From assembly GCA_964422585.1 (NCBI GenBank), contig CAYRBH010000006.1, positions 1 to 59,332 on the forward strand: DNA of 59,332 nucleotides. Direction: 5' to 3'. The notes under the pieces are model-generated. The model was not told where the DNA came from. It was given only the letters and a program-made list of their open reading frames with translations, and searched no databases. Of this stretch, positions 1 through 7,343 are shown piece after piece; the first letter of the stretch is position 1; every line of letters starts with the position of its first letter. This DNA comes from an uncultured Gammaproteobacteria bacterium (GTDB lineage: Bacteria; Patescibacteriota; Patescibacteriia; UBA1558; 2-01-FULL-52-15). The translations under genes were made by a program, and so were the position numbers.

Positions 1-99
1 ACGTTGTACGCCATTGCCGGCTACGCAAAGTAAAGGTGGAAGACATCTAAAAGTTAGTTCATTAATAAAACACTGTGGGTTGGATGCGGAGGAAGAAAA

Positions 100-237
100 A
101 TGAGAAAGTTACTCACAAGGATTCAGGCTTGGGAAGACCGTACGTGGGCCTATCTCGCAGTTGGTGCAGTTGCCATAGCGTTTGGCATTATCGTCTCTGC
201 GTCTCTCTGGGGCGCAGGAGGAATCTGGAATCAGTGA
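100..237 (+). CDS. Small 45-aa single-TM protein (cassette 0), missed by the ORF track
   Basis: GGAGG at 88-92, ATG at 100, MRKLLTRIQAWEDRTWAYLAVGAVAIAFGIIVSASLWGAGGIWNQ. Confidence 0.55.
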   Translation: MRKLLTRIQAWEDRTWAYLAVGAVAIAFGIIVSASLWGAGGIWNQ

Positions 238-326
238 GAACAGCAAGAGACAGAAGAAACAACATCCAACCTTCTGTCTCCAACCCACAGTGTTGTATCG
301 CAGATTTCTACCTGGCCGTCAACAGC

Positions 327-584
327 GCACAACACCGCGTGTGCGGCTTCGCGTATGGCTTCCGCTCACACCACTCTGATATAGTTCTTTTCACTTCACT
401 GTTCAGAGAGATGAAGAAGCATGTCCTATACACTTAGCTTCTTCGTTCGCTCCAGGCCGCTTCGCCTACATCTGCGCGTGTTCTTTTGCGCTCCATTTCA
501 TTACGCGCATTGCATTTGCCCTCCGTATCCACTTCGGGCATAATGCTATCACGCGCAGACGTCGCATACGCACATACGTTAGAC
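327..584 (+). repeat. attC-like site 1 (258 bp)
   Basis: GCACAAC-ACC-GCGTGTGCG ... CGCATACGC-ACATAC-GTTAGAC. Confidence 0.8.
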
Positions 585-845
585 GCCATTCAAGGTGGGT
601 ACGTATCCTTACACAAAGCTCATGAGTAGAGCTTTCTTTTTGTTTTCAAGGGGTCTTGTCCTCTTTAGTTTAGAGTTGCTTTTGTTAGGATAGAGGCCAA
701 GGAGGGGAACAAAAAGAAAGCGAAAGAAGGTTATTTACTTGAGAAAAGGGTCGTCTCAAGCACCTTGAACACTGCGCCAGCCCCACACCACTTCCCTTTC
801 GTCCAGTAGTGTGGGGACGTTGCACTCTGGCTTGCCCTTCGGGGC

Positions 846-981
846 GCCTAACACCCGACTTGCGGCTACGCTCGGGTTGCACCACTCGCTTCGCCTACAT
901 TCGCACGTGCAGCTTGCGCTCCGTATCCACTTCGCGCTAAGCTTAGCACGTGCGAACGTCGCAAGTCGGTATACGTTGTAC
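846..981 (+). repeat. attC-like site 2 (136 bp)
   Basis: GCCTAAC-AC-CCGACTTGCG ... CGCAAGTCGG-TATAC-GTTGTAC; perfect 10-bp stem. Confidence 0.85.
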
Positions 982-1035
982 GCCATAGTGAAAAGTAAAA
1001 TAGTTTAGTATTTTAAATAATTACCGTTAAAAAAT

Positions 1036-1341
1036 ATGGCACTCAAGGCATGGTTCAAACCACCACTGAGTAAGTTTACACTGATGGTTTTTTTCTTTGT
1101 CTGCTCGGCCTTTTCTGTTTTCTACACTATAGGATGTATAGCAACATGTTCTGCGACTTTCGATAAGATTCTGGTCTCTATGTTTGTGGTCATAAGCGCT
1201 CCTGCAGCATTGATTTTGAAGTTTCCAGGCGTCTTCGGTGAGAGCACCTTGCCTTTATCCCTGTTACTGACCCCCGTTTATTGGTACTTTCTTGCCAGCC
1301 TGATTGTGTGGCTTTTTTCACAACGTAAGAAGTCAAACTAA
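1036..1341 (+). CDS. Hypothetical membrane protein (cassette 2)
   Basis: 101 aa, about 3 hydrophobic segments, fills the cassette. Confidence 0.75.
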   Translation: MALKAWFKPPLSKFTLMVFFFVCSAFSVFYTIGCIATCSATFDKILVSMFVVISAPAALILKFPGVFGESTLPLSLLLTPVYWYFLASLIVWLFSQRKKSN

Positions 1342-1381
1342 TACAAATTACTAGTTCGTTGCCATTACTTTTCACTACAGC

Positions 1382-1634
1382 GCACAACACCTGGTGTGCG
1401 GCTTCGCGTGTGGCTTACGCTCGCCTGTACTACAGAGGGCGAAGCTAGTTAAAGGGTTAGCTTTTAAGGAAGTAGACCTTATGTAAGGTAAGAGCTTCTT
1501 CGCTCGCTCCAGGCCGCTTCGCCTACATTGCTTGTCCGCGTGGATGCGGACTTGTAGCACTCCGTCTCCACTCCGTGCTATCATTATATCGCCCACGCGG
1601 ACTGCGCAACGTCGCATACGCATATACGTTGTAC
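1382..1634 (+). repeat. attC-like site 3 (253 bp, degenerate inner stem)
   Basis: GCACAAC-ACCTGGTGTGCG ... CGCATACGCATATAC-GTTGTAC. Confidence 0.75.
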
Positions 1635-1658
1635 GAAATTCAATAACCTTTTAAGACA

Positions 1659-2057
1659 ATGAAAAAAATCATCTCTACTTCTAAGGCGCCAGCAGCCCCG
1701 AAGTTACTTTCGCAGGCAGTTTTGGAGGATTCGAAATATCATTTGGAAATATCAGGGCAGATTGGACTCAATCCTGAAACAGGAAAGCTCGTTGAAGGTG
1801 GAGTTGAAGCTGAAATGAAACAAGCTCTACAAAATATCGAGGCGATACTTTCTGAAGTGGGCTGGACTTTAGAAAACGTAACAAAAGTACGTTTGTTTCT
1901 GACCGATATGACAGACTACGCTAAAGTCAACGAAATCTATATGGCTAAATTCACCCAAAACTTGCCTGCGAGAATTGCCCTTGCTGTAAAAGCACTTCCT
2001 TTGTCTGCTACTATCGAGATTGAATGTGTGGCTGCTGGTGATATTGCTAAAATGTAA
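1659..2057 (+). CDS. ridA: RidA/YjgF/YER057c family imine deaminase (cassette 3)
   Basis: SQAV, ISGQIG, QALQNIEAIL, LPAR and ALP..IEIEC motifs; conserved Arg present. Confidence 0.9.
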   Translation: MKKIISTSKAPAAPKLLSQAVLEDSKYHLEISGQIGLNPETGKLVEGGVEAEMKQALQNIEAILSEVGWTLENVTKVRLFLTDMTDYAKVNEIYMAKFTQNLPARIALAVKALPLSATIEIECVAAGDIAKM

Positions 2058-2079
2058 CTCGGAGAGGTTATTGAACTTC

Positions 2080-2232
2080 GCACAACACCGCGTATGCGGC
2101 TCAGGTGAGCTTCTTCTTTAGACTTCATTTATTGTAGGTCGCTCACCTTCGGCCTACATTCGCTGCTGGTATCACTCCTACCGTCGTGATATTATACCAG
2201 CAGCGAACGTCGCATACGCGTATACGTTAGGT
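2080..2232 (+). repeat. attC-like site 4 (153 bp)
   Basis: GCACAAC-AC-CGCGTATGCG ... CGCATACGCG-TATAC-GTTAGGT. Confidence 0.85.
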
Positions 2233-2282
2233 GAAATTTTTGAACCCCTAAATGGGGTTTTGTTTTTTGATCAATAGTGAAA

Positions 2283-2328
2283 GGGTCGCATCCTTCTTCG
2301 AGCTTAGCTCTAGGATAGGATGCGACCC
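2283..2328 (-). terminator. Hairpin downstream of the inverted cassette gene
   Basis: GGGTCGCATCCT ... AGGATGCGACCC 12-bp stem. Confidence 0.55.
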
Positions 2329-2340
2329 CCGTGATTGCGG

Positions 2341-2712
2341 CTACTTGCCGTGCTTCTTCTCGAGATTCGCGAGAACGCTCTCGACCTCGTTGACCTCGAT
2401 CGCGTCGCTCTTGGCCGGACGGTACCTGTTGTACTGGTCGACTGCGTCGGCGAGAACGCGGCGCGCCTCGTCGATCGAATTGACTTTGGTCGTCCTCTGG
2501 ACGAGAGGCGCTGACGAATTGAGAACCGTCTTCTGAATGTCGCCGACGACGACGCTGACGTTGTAGATCGGCCCGTTCTTCGAAGGGTTCTCGATGGCGC
2601 TGACCGTATAGGAGATGTTCTTGGAGGCAATCTTCTCCTCCATAGTGTCGCTGCAGGCGACCACCAGAGCCATCAAGAGACAAGGAACCACGAACCGCAT
2701 GAGCTTACCCAC
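2341..2712 (-). CDS. Hypothetical lipoprotein, inverted within cassette 4
   Basis: 123 aa, signal peptide with LVVAC lipobox, SD AAGGAAGG before GTG, GC-rich codons. Confidence 0.75.
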   Translation of the reverse strand: MGKLMRFVVPCLLMALVVACSDTMEEKIASKNISYTVSAIENPSKNGPIYNVSVVVGDIQKTVLNSSAPLVQRTTKVNSIDEARRVLADAVDQYNRYRPAKSDAIEVNEVESVLANLEKKHGK

Positions 2713-2761
2713 TGTTTCCCTTCCTTTCTCGGCATAGCCGAAGTGCGGACGTTAAGAAAAT

Positions 2762-2790
2762 AATATAACATATTTAAAAATTTGTGTCAA
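2762..2790 (-). promoter_or_regulatory. sigma70 promoter for the inverted cassette gene
   Basis: TTGACA-17 bp-TATATT on the minus strand. Confidence 0.7.
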
Positions 2791-2877
2791 TATCTACCAA
2801 AAAACAAAAGCATATTTCTATAGGTTTTATTAATCCTACTAACATAAAAGCTTGTTGAGAGGGGGTTCAAAAACATC

Positions 2878-3087
2878 ACCTAACACCGCGTATACGGTTG
2901 CGCCTTGTCTATCTCGTAGGTTGGAAACTAGATTAGTCCAAGACTTCTAGAAGACAAGGAACTAACTCATGGTTGCTCCACCTACATTCCCTTCCTCACC
3001 CCGCTGCTCTTGCCCTCCGCTCTCGCTTCGGGCATCATTATAGCAGCGGGGTTCGTCGGGAACGTCGCATACGCGTATACGTTAGGT
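2878..3087 (+). repeat. attC-like site 5 (210 bp)
   Basis: ACCTAAC-AC-CGCGTATACG ... CGCATACGCG-TATAC-GTTAGGT. Confidence 0.85.
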
Positions 3088-3105
3088 GAAATTTATCTCC
3101 TCATA

Positions 3106-3645
3106 ATGTCTTCTATCTCTACTAATTGGCATGTTGTAACTGGCGGGCCTTCGTCAGGAAAAACAAAGACTCTAGAGTATCTGTATGTTCTTGGGAACAC
3201 AATTGTCCCTGAAATGGCGAGAATGCTCATTGAAGATGAAATGATGACAGGGAAAACATTACAGGAGATACGACAACATGAGGGGAGTTTTCAAGAGCGC
3301 GTGTTGCAAATGAAAATAGAGACCGAGAACCAATTGGACCCACAAAAACATACATTTCTTGATCGAGGCATTGGAGATAGTATTGCATACTTTCGTCTGA
3401 ATTCTATGGATCCTCAACCTGTTTTTGAAGCATCAAAAAAGAGAATATATAAAACCGTATTTTTACTCGAACAACTTCCTTTTCAATCGGATGAAGCGAG
3501 AACAGAAAATGAAGACTCAGCCCGCCAGATCAGTGATTTGCTCTTTGAAGCGTACTCACAATTAAAATACAAAGTCATTAGAGTTCCCGTAATGCCTGTT
3601 CATGAGCGAGCGGTTTTTATTCTGGCGGAGATAAACATCACCTAA
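3106..3645 (+). CDS. Predicted P-loop ATPase, AAA_28/NadR-kinase-like (cassette 5)
   Basis: VVTGGPSSGKT Walker A and FLDRGIGD. The ORF-track extension to 3010 is attC sequence. Stop codon lies within R''. Confidence 0.85.
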   Translation: MSSISTNWHVVTGGPSSGKTKTLEYLYVLGNTIVPEMARMLIEDEMMTGKTLQEIRQHEGSFQERVLQMKIETENQLDPQKHTFLDRGIGDSIAYFRLNSMDPQPVFEASKKRIYKTVFLLEQLPFQSDEARTENEDSARQISDLLFEAYSQLKYKVIRVPVMPVHERAVFILAEINIT

Positions 3646-4259
3646 CACCGGATTGCCGATTCGCGAGCAAAAAACTTTTATAAAAGTAGCTAGTAAATAA
3701 AGCATCGTATGTTCATATCTGCCTACATAATAATCACTATCCTCATCATAACACTTGTTTTTCTATTACGAATGACAATAAGTACATTGGATGCCGTTCG
3801 TTGGTTAAACTTTAAAATAAATGTACTCGAACGATTGATTTACGAAAAAAAATTCGAACCTACCAAGAATGAGATTGAAAGCGCAGTAGATGCAACACTT
3901 GCTAACGATGTTGAGTACGCAGCAACAGTAAAAATGCTAAATAAATTTATTAAACGTGTTTATCGTAATAACGCCAGCAGTGGTCAAAAAACATTTAGGC
4001 ATATTATTGAGAAGAGGCTTGAAAACCCACAAAGCTACCAGATGGTGGCTATGGGTTTAATTAGTGCATCCGATGTCTATGAGACTACCGATATTTTTAA
4101 AGATGTGGATTTAGAGTCCGCGATCAAAAGATTTAAGGATAAATTTAAGAAGTGATTTTTTTGCTCGCTCATCCAAATTGCTTGTCCACTTAGCTGCTAT
4201 TTGAGATAATTATAGCAGCACGCGGACTGCGCAACTTCGGCAATCCGCATCCGTTAGGT
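3640..4259 (+). repeat. Giant attC-like site 6 (620 bp) enclosing CDS 3709..4155
   Basis: ACCTAAC-AC-CGGATTGCCGA at 3640 pairs with TCGGCAATCCG-CATCC-GTTAGGT ending 4259; no R'-type right half seen in between. Confidence 0.8.
3709..4155 (+). CDS. Hypothetical protein with N-terminal TM helix, nested inside attC site 6
   Basis: 148-aa open frame, AT-rich, flanked by 12-bp IR 3663-3674/4157-4168. Confidence 0.75.
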   Translation: MFISAYIIITILIITLVFLLRMTISTLDAVRWLNFKINVLERLIYEKKFEPTKNEIESAVDATLANDVEYAATVKMLNKFIKRVYRNNASSGQKTFRHIIEKRLENPQSYQMVAMGLISASDVYETTDIFKDVDLESAIKRFKDKFKK

Positions 4260-4300
4260 GAAATTTTTCAAAATCCCTTACTAATTAGGTCTTCATTAAG

Positions 4301-4714
4301 GTGAAAACAAGAGTAGTTGTAACCACCCTCATCGAAAAAGACGACCAGATTCTCTTCGGTAGGAAGAGGGTCAACGTTGGTCCTTATCCAAACACCTGGC
4401 ATTTGATTGGGGGCGGTGTTGAGGACGGAGAACCAGTCATTGAAGCCGTCAAGCGAGAGATCAAAGAAGAAGCCGGTATAGAAGTTGATCACATCACACC
4501 ACTAGGTTTCGACGAAGACTTCGAGCCGAATAAGGACGGCGAGATAACCCATTATATATTCCTAATTTTTCAGGCTCACTACGTCTCTGGTAAGTTACGA
4601 CCTGATGACGACATTGAGCATCTCGAATGGATTCCTAAGAGTAAACTAGCAACACTGGAACTTAATAGGCCAACGATTAAATATTTTAAAAAGGTGGGTT
4701 ATCTCGCCTCGTGA
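4301..4714 (+). CDS. NUDIX hydrolase (cassette 6)
   Basis: Nudix box GGGVEDGEPVIEAVKREIKEEAG. Confidence 0.9.
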   Translation: MKTRVVVTTLIEKDDQILFGRKRVNVGPYPNTWHLIGGGVEDGEPVIEAVKREIKEEAGIEVDHITPLGFDEDFEPNKDGEITHYIFLIFQAHYVSGKLRPDDDIEHLEWIPKSKLATLELNRPTIKYFKKVGYLAS

Positions 4715-4744
4715 CTATTCAATGGAAGGATTTTGAAAAACATC

Positions 4745-4934
4745 ACCTAACACCGCGTATGCGGTTGCGCCTTGTCTATCTCGTAGTCTCAATTCTAGAT
4801 TAGTTCAAGACTTCTAGAAGACAGGGAACTACTCATGGTGGCTCCACCTACATTCGTGCATGCAGCTTGCGCTCCGTATCCACTTCGCGCTAAGCTTAGC
4901 ATGCACGAACGTCGCATACGCGTATACGTTAGGT
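4745..4934 (+). repeat. attC-like site 7 (190 bp)
   Basis: ACCTAAC-AC-CGCGTATGCG ... CGCATACGCG-TATAC-GTTAGGT. Confidence 0.85.
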
Positions 4935-4952
4935 GAAATAATAAAAAATCAA

Positions 4953-5591
4953 ATGATTTTAGTAGAAATAATAATTTCTTTAATTTCTTCACTCGCTGCA
5001 ATACTGATATCTCTTTGGATTGATAGATTGCGACTTCCTAAATTATCTATTAAGGCTAGCGAAAGTGCTAACTCTGACAATATATATCCTTCGGGTCACC
5101 CGCACGCTAACGAACGATGGAAATTTTTTAGGGTTTCTGTTTCTAATAATTCTTTTTCTGGTTTATTTCGATGGATACCCCGCCAAACAGCTGAGAACTG
5201 TAGAGCAAAAATAGAGATTTATGAATCTAAGGACTCATCGCCCCTGTTTACTTTTGATGGTCGATGGGCATCAACGCCAGAAATTCCTCACATTCCTTCA
5301 CAAGCAATAGTTAAGTTATTTCACCCGGATCCAGTAACCATTGCGGTCGAGGAAAAAGAATACCTGGATGTTATTGTCAAAGCCGAAATTGATAACGATG
5401 CTTATGGCTGGAATAATGAAGCCTACATACACAACTGGAGAAACCCTAGCTATAAACTTGGCATTGGAGAATATAAAGTTAAAATAACCATTTCAACTCA
5501 AAACGGAAAATCGTTCGTTAGCGTGCTCGACTTAGCAGTTCGAAAAAAGACTGAAGACACCATACTTAAAAATAACAGCTTGTCGGCTTGA
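4953..5591 (+). CDS. Hypothetical protein with N-terminal membrane anchor (cassette 7)
   Basis: 212 aa from ATG 4953; the upstream ORF-track extension is attC sequence. Confidence 0.75.
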   Translation: MILVEIIISLISSLAAILISLWIDRLRLPKLSIKASESANSDNIYPSGHPHANERWKFFRVSVSNNSFSGLFRWIPRQTAENCRAKIEIYESKDSSPLFTFDGRWASTPEIPHIPSQAIVKLFHPDPVTIAVEEKEYLDVIVKAEIDNDAYGWNNEAYIHNWRNPSYKLGIGEYKVKITISTQNGKSFVSVLDLAVRKKTEDTILKNNSLSA

Positions 5592-5605
5592 TTTTTTATT
5601 ACATC

Positions 5606-6326
5606 ACCTAACACCGGATATCCGGCTTCGCCAAAAAATATAAACAATTTTATTCCAAAGATATGAAAAAAATATTAATTATTCCACTATTCATTCTCAT
5701 TCTGGGCGGCTGTTCAAATCAGAACGCAAAAATTGACGAACAAAACAAAAAGATTGATGAGTTGAATAACAAAGTCACAGAATTAACTGCATCCAATAGT
5801 AAAAGTGACTTAGATCTTCAAGCTAAGTGTGCCACCCAAGCTCAAAAGGCTTTCGAAGACTTTAAAAAAAGTTACGCAGACTCACAATATTATTCGTATG
5901 CGCAAGAAAGCCACTATAACAAAACGTATGACAGGTGTTTTGTGCTAGTATCTTATTTAGTGAACTCTGGTCCTGTCTATAACGGAAAACCGTTCAGGCA
6001 AGCAACAAATGGAGAAGATCTATTGGATGCATACGGTAATAGAGATTTAGCTTCTTGCGAAATATTTGGCAACGACATACCAAACAACCAAACATGTATT
6101 GTAGAAGGAAATGGCGCAACCTATAAAGACTACACCGATTACGTCGTTCCGAGGCTAGAGTTGCCGCCCCAAAAATAGTGTTAGCAGAAAAAATAAAATT
6201 GTTTATATTTTTGGCTCGCGCAAATTGCTTGTCTGCTTAGGCGGTGGGTAGCGCTCCGTTGGGCTTCGCGCTACAATTATACCGCCACGCAGACTGCGCA
6301 ACTTCGGATATCCGCCTATGTTGTAC
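5606..6326 (+). repeat. Giant attC-like site 8 (721 bp) enclosing CDS 5663..6178
   Basis: ACCTAAC-AC-CGGATATCCG at 5606 pairs with CGGATATCCG-CCTAT-GTTGTAC ending 6326. Confidence 0.8.
5663..6178 (+). CDS. Hypothetical lipoprotein, nested inside attC site 8
   Basis: MKKILIIPLFILILGGC lipobox followed by a coiled coil; 171 aa; flanked by 24/25-bp IR. Confidence 0.8.
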   Translation: MKKILIIPLFILILGGCSNQNAKIDEQNKKIDELNNKVTELTASNSKSDLDLQAKCATQAQKAFEDFKKSYADSQYYSYAQESHYNKTYDRCFVLVSYLVNSGPVYNGKPFRQATNGEDLLDAYGNRDLASCEIFGNDIPNNQTCIVEGNGATYKDYTDYVVPRLELPPQK

Positions 6327-6374
6327 GAAATTGGCTTTCCTTAGATTATATATTAGTAAATTAACATCTTTTCT

Positions 6375-6608
6375 ATGACACTTGCAAAAATAATAGCTCT
6401 GAGCGGGATCATCCTCTTTATAGCAGGGCAAGTATTTGCTAACGTTATTCATCCTAATACCAGTGGTGGCGCTGAATTTGCAGGACTCGTCTTCCTTGTA
6501 GCCTTTTATGGCGGCATTGCACTTTTCATTATTGGCGCGATGATAGGTGTTTACAAAAAACCACAAGGTCAGCGCAATCAAAAAAAGGAACCAACTCAAC
6601 AGAACTAG
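6375..6608 (+). CDS. Small 2-TM membrane protein (cassette 8)
   Basis: 77 aa, two hydrophobic helices, basic tail, fills the cassette. Confidence 0.7.
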   Translation: MTLAKIIALSGIILFIAGQVFANVIHPNTSGGAEFAGLVFLVAFYGGIALFIIGAMIGVYKKPQGQRNQKKEPTQQN

Positions 6609-6630
6609 AAACGAACGGAAAGCCAACTTC

Positions 6631-6811
6631 GCACAACACCGGATATGCGGTTGCGCGAGGCTTTGAGAGGGTGGTAGACTAGATACTGTTCTTACACTAT
6701 CTAGAAGTATAGGGATTTCTCATGGGGCTCCACCTACATTTGCGGGTGGTAGCGCTCCTCCGTCGCGGGATCATACCACCCGCAAACGTCGCACATCCGT
6801 ATACGTTAGGT
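6631..6811 (+). repeat. attC-like site 9 (181 bp)
   Basis: GCACAAC-AC-CGGATATGCG ... CGCACATCCG-TATAC-GTTAGGT. Confidence 0.85.
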
Positions 6812-6837
6812 GAAATAAGTTATTTGTTTGTTAGGCA

Positions 6838-7335
6838 ATGAACTTAGTAGCATACAACCCAGAGTGGGAGAAAATTTTTCTGACAGAGAAGGAAACAATC
6901 GCTCAAGCTCTCGGCAATGACTGCCTCGAAATTGAACATATAGGTAGTACAGCCATTCCTGGTATTCTTTCAAAACCAATTGTTGATATAGCTGTACGCA
7001 TACCCTCTCTCAAGGCCAGCGAAAAATACTTAGCCCCTCTTCAGGCTATAGGGTATACCTACTTTCCAGAACGATCATCTGTTGAGCGAATGTTCTTAGC
7101 GAAAGGAGTTCCTCCAACGCTTCACTTATCACTGACGGAGTCAGAAAAATTTTCTTATTGGAAACGACAAATACTTTTTCGAGATTACTTACGCTCACAT
7201 GCAGATATTGCCAAAGAATACGAAATACTTAAAGCAAATCTTATTCAAAAATATCCGGATATTAGTCAGGGTTATTCTGATGGGAAAGGCGAATTTGTTA
7301 AAAAAGTTCTTTCTCTCACAGAAACAAACAAATAA
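6838..7335 (+). CDS. GrpB/UPF0157 family protein (cassette 9)
   Basis: YNPEW, IEHIGSTAIPG..SKPIVDI, LFRDYLR and Y..LK..L..Y..GK motifs. Confidence 0.9.
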   Translation: MNLVAYNPEWEKIFLTEKETIAQALGNDCLEIEHIGSTAIPGILSKPIVDIAVRIPSLKASEKYLAPLQAIGYTYFPERSSVERMFLAKGVPPTLHLSLTESEKFSYWKRQILFRDYLRSHADIAKEYEILKANLIQKYPDISQGYSDGKGEFVKKVLSLTETNK

Positions 7336-7343
7336 CTTACATC

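Noticed and set aside
235-380. TGA read-through (code 25) extending the cassette-0 ORF
   Set aside because: TGA is the genuine stop of conserved genes such as sufB (MEGSVG*) and the NUDIX gene, so code 11 applies
2955-2990. SD-like GTAGGTGGAG plus ATG on the bottom strand of sites 5, 7 and 9
   Set aside because: The resulting ORFs are 2, 13 and 8 codons with no conserved peptide; the motif is better explained as the structural hinge
3010-3105. N-terminal extensions of ORFs 3010..3645 and 4860..5591, and ORFs 756..986, 811..1008, 1375..1623, 4795..5001
   Set aside because: They translate attC palindromic sequence (recurring AYAYTLGEI-type peptide), not real coding DNA
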